Program-made: the position numbers and the translations under genes | In this document: in pieces, positions 22,901-31,578 of the stretch | Layout of the letters: every line of letters begins with the position of its first letter | Position numbering within the stretch: the first letter of the stretch is position 1 | From: an uncultured delta proteobacterium | GTDB taxonomy: Bacteria; Myxococcota_A; Polyangia; Haliangiales; Haliangiaceae | Length of the DNA stretch: 64,000 bases | Direction: 5' to 3' | Assembly (NCBI GenBank): GCA_963743525.1 | Contig: CAVUQH010000004.1 | Coordinates: 64,001 to 128,000, forward strand | Notes under the pieces: generated by a model | The model's input: the letters and a program-made list of their open reading frames with translations, nothing else | The model's database searches: none | Told to the model about the DNA's origin: nothing

Positions 22901-23704
22901 ACCAGTCGCACGACCGGCACCACCGCCGAGCGCAACAACGCCCGCGTCTTTCGCCTGCTGGCGACCCGCCACCTGGGGCAGTGGCGCCACTGTCGCGCGC
23001 TCGCGGTCGAGGCGATCCGATCCGGCCAGCAACGCGGCGACCGTTATCTCGAGGCCACGGCCCGACTCCTGCGCGTGCCCGGCCTGCTGGCCAGCGACGA
23101 CGTCGCGACCGCGCAACCGGGTGAGGACGCCATCCTCTGGTCACCGCCCGAGAGCGGCTACCACATCCAGCACTATTACCAGTACAACGCCAACGTCGAG
23201 ATCGCGCTGTACGAAGGGACCGCCGCGGAGCGCTTCGACGAGCTGACCCGCGCGTTCCAGGCCCTGCGGGCGTCGATGCTGTTCCGCGTGCAGATGGTGC
23301 GGGTCACCGCACTGGGCCTGCACGGACGGCTCTGCCTGGCCGCGGCCATGGCACCGAACAGCCCAGATGAGGCGCTCGCCCAGGCCCGGCGGATGGCCCG
23401 CCAATTGTCCGGGGAGAAGCTCGGCTGCGCGCAGGTGCTTGGCCATCTCCTCCGCGCCGGCCTCGCGCCACGGAACAGCGGCCGGACTGCCGACCAGCTG
23501 CGCAGGGCGATCGACGGCGCCGACCGCGACCACCTGGCGCTGCACGCCGCCGCCGCGCGCGACCGCCTGGGCATCCTGGTGGGCGGCGTCGAGGGGCACG
23601 AGCTTCGCGCTCTTGCCGCCCGCTACGTCGCCGAAGAACGGATCGCGGTGCCGGAGCTCATGTTCGAGACGGTGGTACCGGGCGTGCTCGCGCAATCGCA
23701 CTGA
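19913..23704 (+). CDS. Ser/Thr kinase - AAA (STAND-like) ATPase - TPR protein
   Basis: LGHGGMGVV, HRDIKPSN, DFG, YMAPE; FVGR; Walker A EGVSGVGKT; Walker B FIDDLQW; G.PL; HDRVRE; helical C-terminus. Confidence 0.92.
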   Translation: MLAKPPFDAGPRFEIRRSLGHGGMGVVFEAYDRERRELVALKTMRSVGVRELARFKREFRAVHDLAHPNVVALGELFDGESEPFFTMELVRGGTFLDYVRAWDDRAERSDSLTPSTRQQWSSPRDHVSAGNSSSGSSAAAAVPRVAVPVAYDDARLRHALEQLTRAIVAVHGAGLVHRDIKPSNVLVTREGRVVLLDFGLVTETSSPTGPTQSSQTGAVGTVAYMAPEQAISGDIGPAADWFSVGVMLFESLTGVLPHTGRTTFDVILNKQQVPAPPPRQLVPTVPADLDALCVGLLHTDPGQRPSGSDLLTRLGVRTSDTGAFETLAAGPSITAGNPFVGRADELQALRAAFERSHESPVALFVEGVSGVGKTQLVEAFLEQLSDSIPAPVLLSGRCYEREVVSYKAFDGIAEALARYLVRLSPVDVAGLMPMHAALLARLFPSLRRVEAIATAPRLDEAPNPHDQRRRMFGALRELFSRIAERRPLVCFIDDLQWTDADSLILLQDLLGGEDPPPLLLIATMRPVDDDVRRALLRSVDDLAHTEHVPLRELSPAEAENLAALLLPDRDQTVHRAIAADASGHPLLLHALARHLAGSADATVTGASLEEMLAARIDTLPDSTRQLLEVVALYGGPVTQQVAGRAAKMPRADVAKAVHVLRAAHLLRTDGVRHTDRVFTYHDRVREHVTGTLDDERRRYLHRRLAAALAQTDEADLDPRALVRHARAAGQLDQAALHAIAAAQHAMTTLAFDQAAELFAAAVELAEDDQGTLRVLRLQQAAALVHAGRGPEAAGVLMLAADDADPAVRLDCQRQAAEQWINTGHLDKGMDVLRASLAEIGEPLAAGPRRALARVLWNRTRIRLRGLHHRPRMESQVSPEALRRLDVLRTVAHGLAMVNFIRGADFNGRFLLQALRTGEPQRLIEALATEVVYLSSQGGRADRRARRIFARMKELAENAPDDAYARSWLLLADGAAKFFEGTFAEADVALEQCEKVLTSRTTGTTAERNNARVFRLLATRHLGQWRHCRALAVEAIRSGQQRGDRYLEATARLLRVPGLLASDDVATAQPGEDAILWSPPESGYHIQHYYQYNANVEIALYEGTAAERFDELTRAFQALRASMLFRVQMVRVTALGLHGRLCLAAAMAPNSPDEALAQARRMARQLSGEKLGCAQVLGHLLRAGLAPRNSGRTADQLRRAIDGADRDHLALHAAAARDRLGILVGGVEGHELRALAARYVAEERIAVPELMFETVVPGVLAQSH

Positions 23705-23706
23705 GC

Positions 23707-26700
23707 TCAGGGTCGGCGGAAGCCCGGCGCGATGATCTGCGCGCGCCGGTCGGTGGCGACGACCCCCTTGCCGCGCATCGATTGCTCGGCCGCGCGAACC
23801 AGCGCGGCCCCGGTGTCGCCGCCGATCAGCAGACCGCGCCGATAGTCGGCGGCCGCCTGACAATGCGCCATCTGCTGCGCGCGCGCCGCTTCGGCCGCGG
23901 TCGCCAGCGCCGCCGCAGCTCCCTTCTCGTCACCCTCTTGCATGGCGATGCCGCCGGCGAGTAGTGACGACCAGACCGCGCTGTAGCGGGCGTCCTCGCG
24001 GGCAATCGACTTGCCGCAGCGCCTGGCCAGCGCCAGGTTCGCGTCTCGGTCGTGGCCGACCTCCGCGGCGGCCAGTGCCAGCCGCCCGCGCAGCCAGGTC
24101 GAGATCACGCGAACGATCTGGATGCGCACCAGCAGCGAGCTGGCCAGGCGGTCGAAGTCGTCGGCGTACTGCTCGATCGCCTGCGGCCCCCGATCCTCGA
24201 ACAGTGCCAGCTCGATGCGCGACTCGAGCTCGTAGTAGTGCTGCAGGTGATAGGTGCCCTGCGGCGGCTGCCACGCGGCGCGCTCGAGGTCGAGGCGCGC
24301 CGCGTCGGCCTGCCCTTCGGCCAGCCAGGCGATGTTGCGCACGCGCCGCATCGAGGTCTCGGTCAAGAGATCGCCGCGCCGCCGGGCATCGCGCATGTAG
24401 GTGGTCGACAGCGTTCGCAGCCGACCGATCTCGCCCAGATGGCGCAGCGTGAACAGCTGGAACAGGCGCACCGTGTTGAGCTCCCACGTTCGGCCGACCG
24501 TCTGTTCGAAGAAGATCTGCTCGGCGCGCGCGTACAGCTCCTGGGCGGGGACGAAATCGCCGCCCATGTAGCTGACCAGGGCATTGGCCGTGTGCAACCA
24601 GCCCTCCAGGTAGGGCACCGGGTGCTGGTCGCGAATCCGTCCACACTCGGCGATCAGGGTACGCGCCCGCCGGCGCCCTCTTTCGCCCTGGGTCAACAGG
24701 TAGCAGGCCTCGTGCGCCAGCGCGCGCCCGATGCGCAGCGGCTCACCCAGCTCGAGCGCCAGGAGCAGGTGGCGCGCCTGGAAGTCGGCGCCGCGGATGG
24801 TGTCGACCATGTTGAGGCCCACGCCGACCGCCTTGAAGACGTCGAGCCGGGCCAGATTGGCGTCGGCGATCTCGCGCTCGTGGTGCTCCTTCCACTTGAT
24901 CCCGCGCAGGCGGAAACGGATCCGGTTCCACAACAGCCGCGCCAGCGCGCGTCTGGGCGTGGCCGGAATGCTCGCGCCGATCTCTTGCAGCAGGTCCCCG
25001 ACCACCTCCAGGCCGCGGTCCACGTGGCCGGAGCTGAGCAGCTGCTCGGCCGCTCGCAGACGACACTCCATTCGCGTCGTCGGATCCGCGGTCTCGGCGG
25101 CGGCGACGAACACGTCGGCCGCTTCGGCGCCGCGACCGGCGTTGACCAGCGCCGTGGCCAGCTCGATACGAAGGGCGCGCAGCGCTTTGTCGTCGTGGTT
25201 CCCCAGCGCGATGGCGATCTGATAGAACTCCGCCGCCTGGTCGAAGGCCAGGCTGGCCACTGCGTGCTGGGCCGCGGCCTGCGCGTGGGTCGCGGCCAGG
25301 GTCGCGCGCCCCGCGGCCTCGGCGTGACGTACCAGGGCGTGCGGGGAATGCTGTGCGGCGCCGGTCTGCTCCAGTGCCAGCGCCAGGCGCATGTGGATCT
25401 GACGCAGGAGATCGTCGTCGAGATTGGCGTTGATGTGCTCGCGGACGCGATCGTGATAGACGACGATCTGGTCGTTCTTGCGCACGCCGTTGGTGCGCGC
25501 AAGATTGGCGGCGCGCAGCACCCGCGCCGCGCGGGTCATTTCCGGCGGCTCGATCTCGCTCGCCAGGGCGGCGACCTCCTGGGTGAGAGGTCCGCCGAAG
25601 ACGGAGATGTAGTGCAGCAGCCGCCGCTCGGTCTCGCCCAGCTGATCGATGCGCGCGGTGAGCATGTCGTCGAGGCTGGCGCCGGTCATTTCCGATCCGC
25701 CGTTCTCGCCCGCATGTCGGGCGAGCTCGTGGAGAAACAGCGGGTGCCCACCCGCCTCGGCGGTGACCTCGTCCACCGTGGTCGCGTCCTCGCCCGGCAT
25801 CAGGATCTCGACCAGCGCGCGAGCCGCGGCCGGAGGCAGCTCGGTCAGCTTGCACCGCTCGACCGGAGCTACTTCTTCCAGACTGGTGAGGAGCCCGCGG
25901 CGCGCAGCGTCGTCGATCGGTCGGATGGTCGCGATGAGCAGCACCGGCAGCGCGTGCTCGTGGGCCAGTAGCTCCTGCAGCAACACCAGACTGTCCGCGT
26001 CGGTCCACTGCAGGTCGTCGACGTACCAGACCAGCCGGCGCCGCAGCGCCATGCGCGCGAACAGCTCGCGCAGGGCGGCGAACATGCGCCGGCGCTGTCC
26101 GTGAGGCTCTGGCAGATCGCGCACCTCGGGCGCCATGGCGATCTGCTCGACTCGTTTGAGCGCGGGGAACAGCCGCCCGAGCAACGCGGCTCGCCGTGGC
26201 ATTGCCTCGGCGACCTGCACCGGCGGCAAGCGCCGGAGATGCCGCGCCAGGGCGTCGGCGATGCCGTCGAACGCCTTGTACGAGACGACCTCGCGCTCGT
26301 AGCAGCGCCCGGACAGGGCCACCAGCTCCGGCTCGTCGTCGGCCAGCTCCTCGAGGAAGCGCTCGACCAGCCGCGACTTGCCGACCCCGGAGACACCTTC
26401 GACGAGGAAGATCAGCGGCGCCGAAGCGGCGCGCCGATAGGCATCGTGCAGCGCGGCCAGCTCGCCCTCTCGGCCGACGAACGGCCGGCCCACCGTGGCA
26501 GTGTGGGTGGTGAAGACGCTGTCTCGGCGGCGGGAGCCACCGTGATCGATACCCAGGCGGTCGAGGATCTCACCGGGCGGCGGCCGGTCGCCTGGCTCTC
26601 GCTGCAACAAGTCGCTGCACAGCGAGTCGAGATCGGGCGGCACGTCGGGCACGAACTGCCGCGGCGGCGCGGCCGCGTACTTCTGCTTGCGGATCATCAG

Positions 26701-27468
26701 CTCGTAGCGCGTTCGCCCGGAGTGCGGCAGCGAGCCGGTCAGCGCCTGGAACAAGACCGCGCCGACGCTGTACCAATCGGCGGCCGGTGACACGTCGCCG
26801 GACAGCGCCTGCTCCGGCGCCATGTACGCGGCGCTGCCCACGACCCGGCGATCGCTCGAGCTCGACTCGTCCATGCTGTCGGACAGCAGCCCGAAGTCGA
26901 GGAGCACCACCCGCCCCTCGGACGTCACCATGACGTTGGACGGCTTGATGTCGCGATGCACCTTGCCCGCCTCGTGCAACACCGACACCGCCACGGCCAG
27001 CTGCTTGAGCGCGGCGCGAAGCCGGGGCTCGTCGTAGCCTGGCCGCGCTTCGTCACTCAGTCCCCGGGGCAGGGTCGGCTGTTCGCCGACGGGATCCATC
27101 GAGCCGACCATACTCGCCTGGGTCTCCGCCAGCGGATCCACCGAAGGCGACTCGACACCGCGCGCGTGCTGCAGGAAGTCAACACCGCGCACCAGCTCCA
27201 TGGAGAAGAACGGCTCCGACGCGGTGTCGAACAGCTCGTGCACGGCGACCAGGTTCGGGTGCGACATTTCGTGGATGGCCCGGAACTCGCGCTTGAAGCG
27301 AGCCAGCCAGCGCCCGTCCGCCCGCCGCAGGGTCTTGAGCGCCACGATCTCGGCGCGCTCGCGATCGTACGCCTCGTAGACCACGCCCATGCCACCTGCT
27401 CCCAGCTGGCGTCGAACGTCGAAGCGCGGTCCGGCGTCGAAGGGTCGCTCGAGCTTCGTGCGTGCCAC
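23707..27468 (-). CDS. Ser/Thr kinase - AAA (STAND-like) ATPase - TPR protein (paralog)
   Basis: LGAGGMGVV, HRDIKPSN, DFG; EGVSGVGKS; YVDDLQW; GHPLF; HDRVRE. Confidence 0.92.
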   Translation of the reverse strand: MARTKLERPFDAGPRFDVRRQLGAGGMGVVYEAYDRERAEIVALKTLRRADGRWLARFKREFRAIHEMSHPNLVAVHELFDTASEPFFSMELVRGVDFLQHARGVESPSVDPLAETQASMVGSMDPVGEQPTLPRGLSDEARPGYDEPRLRAALKQLAVAVSVLHEAGKVHRDIKPSNVMVTSEGRVVLLDFGLLSDSMDESSSSDRRVVGSAAYMAPEQALSGDVSPAADWYSVGAVLFQALTGSLPHSGRTRYELMIRKQKYAAAPPRQFVPDVPPDLDSLCSDLLQREPGDRPPPGEILDRLGIDHGGSRRRDSVFTTHTATVGRPFVGREGELAALHDAYRRAASAPLIFLVEGVSGVGKSRLVERFLEELADDEPELVALSGRCYEREVVSYKAFDGIADALARHLRRLPPVQVAEAMPRRAALLGRLFPALKRVEQIAMAPEVRDLPEPHGQRRRMFAALRELFARMALRRRLVWYVDDLQWTDADSLVLLQELLAHEHALPVLLIATIRPIDDAARRGLLTSLEEVAPVERCKLTELPPAAARALVEILMPGEDATTVDEVTAEAGGHPLFLHELARHAGENGGSEMTGASLDDMLTARIDQLGETERRLLHYISVFGGPLTQEVAALASEIEPPEMTRAARVLRAANLARTNGVRKNDQIVVYHDRVREHINANLDDDLLRQIHMRLALALEQTGAAQHSPHALVRHAEAAGRATLAATHAQAAAQHAVASLAFDQAAEFYQIAIALGNHDDKALRALRIELATALVNAGRGAEAADVFVAAAETADPTTRMECRLRAAEQLLSSGHVDRGLEVVGDLLQEIGASIPATPRRALARLLWNRIRFRLRGIKWKEHHEREIADANLARLDVFKAVGVGLNMVDTIRGADFQARHLLLALELGEPLRIGRALAHEACYLLTQGERGRRRARTLIAECGRIRDQHPVPYLEGWLHTANALVSYMGGDFVPAQELYARAEQIFFEQTVGRTWELNTVRLFQLFTLRHLGEIGRLRTLSTTYMRDARRRGDLLTETSMRRVRNIAWLAEGQADAARLDLERAAWQPPQGTYHLQHYYELESRIELALFEDRGPQAIEQYADDFDRLASSLLVRIQIVRVISTWLRGRLALAAAEVGHDRDANLALARRCGKSIAREDARYSAVWSSLLAGGIAMQEGDEKGAAAALATAAEAARAQQMAHCQAAADYRRGLLIGGDTGAALVRAAEQSMRGKGVVATDRRAQIIAPGFRRP

Positions 27469-27492
27469 GAACTAGGTGATCATAGCCGTTCG

Positions 27493-28143
27493 CTAGCCGT
27501 TCGCCGACAGGCGAGCGCGATAGGTCCGAACCAGCTCGTCAACCATCGCCTGCCGCCCGTGGATGAGCGGCGAATCGCCAGAGGCCTCGATGACCCCCTC
27601 GATGGTGAGCATTCCCAGCACCGACATGTGAGCGAGGAACGCGAGGCGGCGGCCGTCCACGTCTTTCGCGATTCGGCCGGCGGCCTGGTCCCGGGCGATC
27701 TTGTCGGCCACCGCGCCGTACATGCGCTCGTTGAACGGGCGGACTTCCCGCAGGGCCTGGTCGTCGAACGGTGAAGCACCGGCCGAGCCCACCTGAGGCA
27801 CCATGTAGGCCAGGCGCAGCTCGTCCATCCGCTCGCCGTAATGATCGGCCGACGAACGGATCAATGCCGCCAACGCGTCGGCTCCGCCGTTGGCCCGCTG
27901 GACCGCGTCGCCCACGACCCTGGAATGGTTGTCGAGGGCGCGATAGATCAGCGCGAACACCAGCGCATCCTTGGCCGGGAAGTAGTGATAGAGGGCGGCC
28001 TTGGTCAGCTGCAGCTCGCGCGCGACCGCGGTCAGCGTGAAGCCGCCCAGCCCCTTCTCGAGGAGCACATGACCGGCCGCCGCCAGAATCTCCTCACGGA
28101 CCTGATCCTGTTTGCGCTTCCGCCGCAGCTCTCGTCTATCCAC
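27493..28143 (-). CDS. TetR/AcrR-family transcriptional regulator
   Basis: REEILAAAGHVLLEKGLGGFTLTAVARELQLTKAALYHYFPAKDALV helix-turn-helix. Confidence 0.93.
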   Translation of the reverse strand: MDRRELRRKRKQDQVREEILAAAGHVLLEKGLGGFTLTAVARELQLTKAALYHYFPAKDALVFALIYRALDNHSRVVGDAVQRANGGADALAALIRSSADHYGERMDELRLAYMVPQVGSAGASPFDDQALREVRPFNERMYGAVADKIARDQAAGRIAKDVDGRRLAFLAHMSVLGMLTIEGVIEASGDSPLIHGRQAMVDELVRTYRARLSANG

Positions 28144-28150
28144 GCGAAGA

Positions 28151-28207
28151 TTCTACCATAAGTAATTTTGTTTGACTCTAAGTATGTTTTTTCTACCGCC
28201 GGTAGAA
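28151..28207. promoter_or_regulatory. Triple TetR operator array with 20-bp period
   Basis: Perfect palindrome TTCTACC-GCC-GGTAGAA at 28191-28207; degenerate copies at 28151 (TTCTACCataAGTAATT) and 28171 (TTTGACTctaAGTATGT); AT-rich divergent intergenic region. Confidence 0.75.
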
Positions 28208-28254
28208 TTTAGCTGCTAGGGTGATTCTCGTCAGCCCGAAAAGGGGAAGAAATC

Positions 28255-29055
28255 ATGGCAAATCCAAGCTCAGACCACCTTCGTTTGTTCGCCTTCGGCA
28301 CCGGCTGGGGCATCCCGTTCGACACCTCGGCACCGTTCCCGCTGAAGCTCGCCGCCTGGCTGCGCATGGCGGAGATCCCGTTCGAGTTCGTGGTCGCCAA
28401 CGACCCGAGCAAGGGACCCAAGGGCAAGTCGCCGTGGATCGAATACGGCGACGTCCGCATGGGCGACTCGGCGCTCATCATCGAGCACCTGGCCGAGCGC
28501 TACGGCATCGACCTCGACTCGCACCTGAATGCCCGGCAGCGCGCGCTGGCGATGGCGGTCCAGCGCATGCTCGAGGATCACTATCACCAGTGCTTCGAGC
28601 ATCAGCTGTTCTTCGGCGTCGGCAGCGACGAGCGGCTCACCGAGTTCGCCTCGTCCATGCCCATCCCGATCCGCTGGCTGGCGCCGACGGTCATCCGCCG
28701 CGCCTTCCGCAAGCAGCTCCATGCCCGCGGCATGGGCCGCCACTCGCAGGAGATCATCGTCGCCCAGGGCAAGGCCGACCTCGACGCCCTCGCCGAGCTC
28801 CTCGGTGACAAGCAGTACTTCTTCGGCGACCGGCCGTCGTCGATCGACGCTGTCATCTTCGGCTTCCTCGGCGTCAGCGTCTACGTGACCGGTGACAACC
28901 CGCTGTACCGCCACGCCGCGTCACACGAGAACCTGGTGCGCTACTGCCAGCGGATGCGGGCGAGCTACTTCCCCGAGACGCTGACGGCGAAAGTCGGCGA
29001 CACCGCTGCCGCTGTCGCCGCCGACCGGAACAACACCGCTCGGAGCGTTGCGTGA
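28255..29055 (+). CDS. Glutathione S-transferase family protein, metaxin/FAX-like
   Basis: SAPFPLKLAAWLRMAEIPF..GPKGKSPWIE..GDSALII..LLGDKQYFFGDRPSSIDAVIFG. Confidence 0.88.
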   Translation: MANPSSDHLRLFAFGTGWGIPFDTSAPFPLKLAAWLRMAEIPFEFVVANDPSKGPKGKSPWIEYGDVRMGDSALIIEHLAERYGIDLDSHLNARQRALAMAVQRMLEDHYHQCFEHQLFFGVGSDERLTEFASSMPIPIRWLAPTVIRRAFRKQLHARGMGRHSQEIIVAQGKADLDALAELLGDKQYFFGDRPSSIDAVIFGFLGVSVYVTGDNPLYRHAASHENLVRYCQRMRASYFPETLTAKVGDTAAAVAADRNNTARSVA

Positions 29056-29702
29056 ACGCAGCTGCGCCAGACGAGCAGCCGATCCTGTTCTGTGATCGTG
29101 GCTGCCCGTTCGCGCACCGGGTGCTGTCCCTGTTCGACCACCTGGGCCGCCCGTTCGATCGGCGCGAGGCGCCGGTCGGCAGCAAGCCCGAGGGGCTCAC
29201 CCGCTACTCGGCGAGCGAACGCCTGCCACTGCTGGTCCACGGTGGTCTGGTGTTGACCGAGTCGCGGGTGATGATCGACTACCTCGCCGAGCTCTACGAC
29301 TTCGCCGACGCCTATCCCGCCGACCTGGCGACGCGCACGCTGCACCGGCACGCCATGGCGGTGGTCGACGACTACCTGGTACCGCTTCTCATGAGGCGCT
29401 CCGCCGAACCTGACGAGCGCCGACTGCTGGACACCCTGTCCGCCATCGAGTCGGCGACAGCGACCACGCTGCCCCGCCCCACGCTTCTGGCCCTGCACCT
29501 GGGCCCCCTCTGGAACGCGTTCCGCAATTGGCAGCCTCGCGGCGCCGTGACCCGCGCCGTTCGCGCGCGGCCAACGCTCCACCGCTGGCTCGAAAGAGCG
29601 ACCGAGCTGCCCTGCGTCGCGCGCGCCGCGGCCGACCCCGCCACGTTGGCGGACGACCTCAAACGAGCCCGCGAAGCCGGGCTCCTGCCCAACGCCGTTT
29701 GA
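29052..29702 (+). CDS. Glutathione S-transferase family protein (CPF motif)
   Basis: CPFAHRV..LPLLVHGGLVLTESRVMIDYL; GTGA overlap with the upstream gene. Confidence 0.82.
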   Translation: MNAAAPDEQPILFCDRGCPFAHRVLSLFDHLGRPFDRREAPVGSKPEGLTRYSASERLPLLVHGGLVLTESRVMIDYLAELYDFADAYPADLATRTLHRHAMAVVDDYLVPLLMRRSAEPDERRLLDTLSAIESATATTLPRPTLLALHLGPLWNAFRNWQPRGAVTRAVRARPTLHRWLERATELPCVARAAADPATLADDLKRAREAGLLPNAV

Positions 29703-29714
29703 AAGGATTCTCCG

Positions 29715-30449
29715 ATGAAGATCACCAACACCCAGAGCAACACCAGCGTTGCCGAGATCGCCGCCGGCATCTACCGCATCAGCACCCCCATCCCGGCCAA
29801 TCCCGCGCTGCCCGCCGGCTTCACCTTCAACCAGTTCCTGATCGACGACGAGCAGCCGCTGCTGTTCCACACCGGCCCGCGCAAGCTGTTCCCGCTGGTG
29901 CAGGAGGCGATCGCCGCGGTGATGCCGGTGTCGAAGCTGCGCTACCTCGGGCTGTCCCACGTCGAGGCCGACGAGTGCGGCAGCCTCAACGAGCTCCTCG
30001 CCGCCGCCCCCGAGTCGTCGCCGCTGTGCAGCATGGTCGGCAAGATGGTCTCGGTCGACGACCTCGCCGACCGCGAGGCCCGCGGCATGGCCGACGGTGA
30101 GACCCTGTCCCTGGGAACGCACACGCTGCGCTGGATCGATGTTCCGCACCTGCCCCACGGCTGGGACTGCGGCTACCTTTTCGAGGAGTCAACGCGCACG
30201 CTGCTGTGCGGCGACCTGTTCACCCAGCCCGGTGACATGCACGATCCGATCACCGAGGGCGACATCCTCGGCCCCAGCGAGGCGATGCGCGAGCAGATGG
30301 ACTACTTCGCCCACAGCACGCAGTCGGCCGCGCTGTTCGAGAAGGTCGCCGCGACCGAGCCGGAGACCCTGGCCTGCATGCACGGCGCCGCCTGGCGCGG
30401 CGACGGCGCAGCCCTGCTGCGCGAGCTGTCCCGACGCGTCACGGCCTAG
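29715..30449 (+). CDS. MBL-fold di-iron protein (FprA/ODP-like, no flavodoxin domain)
   Basis: FNQFLI..HTG..SHVEADECG..PHLPHGWD..CGDLF..MHG. Confidence 0.82.
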   Translation: MKITNTQSNTSVAEIAAGIYRISTPIPANPALPAGFTFNQFLIDDEQPLLFHTGPRKLFPLVQEAIAAVMPVSKLRYLGLSHVEADECGSLNELLAAAPESSPLCSMVGKMVSVDDLADREARGMADGETLSLGTHTLRWIDVPHLPHGWDCGYLFEESTRTLLCGDLFTQPGDMHDPITEGDILGPSEAMREQMDYFAHSTQSAALFEKVAATEPETLACMHGAAWRGDGAALLRELSRRVTA

Positions 30450-30550
30450 ATACGACGACAGCCCTCCTCGGCGTCGGCACCGGAACGCCCGGACGACGCC
30501 GAGGCGCGATCGGATGTGTTCGCGGCCGGCCCTTTGTTAGGCTCCAGCCC

Positions 30551-31573
30551 ATGGAGCTCCTCACCCCGCCAGCCTCGGCCGCCCCGTTTGGACTGCGGGC
30601 CCTGGCGATGATCGCGCGCGCCGCCGACGGCGGTCTGGTCGACACCCACCGGGTCCTGCTCGACACGGCCCAGAAGCTGCTGCTGGGCACCGAGCTGGAC
30701 GTGGCCGCCGTGCCCGAGATCGATCCCGCGACCCTGCGCGAGCATTTCGCCGATCGCGCGCTGGCCAGGCAGCTGGTCCGCGGAATGCTCGTGGTGAGCC
30801 TGGCGGTCGGCCCGACGACGCCGGCGCAGATGGAGCTGATCGAACAGTTCGCCGACGCGCTGGGCATCGACGAGCCGGCGGTCGACGCCATCGAGCACCT
30901 CGCCCACGGCGAGATGGTCCGGTTCGTGCTCGACTTCCACCGGCGGTCGAACCTTCGCGACTACCTCGAAAACCAGTACCGCAACCAGGGCGGCCTGTTG
31001 GCCGTGATCAAGGGGCTGCTCGAGTTCCGGGGCGTCGTTCACGACGATGCGCTCGCCGCCCGCTTCGCCGCCCTGGGCGACCTCCCGGAGGAGACCCTCG
31101 GCCACGCCTTCTTCCACCACTACCGGCAGGCCGACTTCGCCTTCCCCGGCGAGCCGGGTGGCTTTCCCATGGGCGCCGTCTTTCACGACGCAGGTCACGT
31201 CCTGGCCGGCTACGACACCACCCCCGAGGGCGAGCTGCAGATCGCCTGCTTCCAGGCCGGCTACCGCCAATCGGACAACGCCTTCTTCACCATCCTGTTC
31301 GCGGTGCTGTTGCACACGGCGGGCATCAACATCGCGCCGCTGCCGATGCCCCATCACCCCGGTCGCATCGGCGAGGGCGACCTGGCCGCGCGCATGCTCC
31401 ACGCCCTGCGCCGGGGCTCGCAGGTCAACACCGACCTGGCGGACGGCTGGGATCTGTGGAGCCACGCCGAACTGCCGCTGGCGGAGGTGCGCCGCCGCCT
31501 CGGCGTGCCCGCGCTGGCCGCCGAGTTCCGCACCGGCGTGGGCGTGTATGGCCCGCCGATCGGCAACTGGTAG
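30551..31573 (+). CDS. TerB-like N-terminal domain fused to a Coq4-like domain
   Basis: IARAADGG N-terminal motif; LPEETLGHAF..HDAGHVLAGYDTTPEGE is the Coq4 HDxxH..E pattern. Confidence 0.65.
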   Translation: MELLTPPASAAPFGLRALAMIARAADGGLVDTHRVLLDTAQKLLLGTELDVAAVPEIDPATLREHFADRALARQLVRGMLVVSLAVGPTTPAQMELIEQFADALGIDEPAVDAIEHLAHGEMVRFVLDFHRRSNLRDYLENQYRNQGGLLAVIKGLLEFRGVVHDDALAARFAALGDLPEETLGHAFFHHYRQADFAFPGEPGGFPMGAVFHDAGHVLAGYDTTPEGELQIACFQAGYRQSDNAFFTILFAVLLHTAGINIAPLPMPHHPGRIGEGDLAARMLHALRRGSQVNTDLADGWDLWSHAELPLAEVRRRLGVPALAAEFRTGVGVYGPPIGNW

Positions 31574-31578
31574 TACGA

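Noticed and set aside
20243..23124. Very long alternative-frame ORFs (e.g. 20269-23124 +, 20243-22588 -, and likewise 49937-52066, 43694-45880, 4869-6926)
   Set aside because: Arg/Ala/Pro-rich or antisense shadows of real genes; stop codons are scarce in high-GC DNA and no domain motifs are present.
19913..27468. Assigning the kinase-STAND genes to a named anti-phage (Avs) system or defence island
   Set aside because: No neighbouring defence or mobility genes and no compositional shift; the architecture alone is insufficient.
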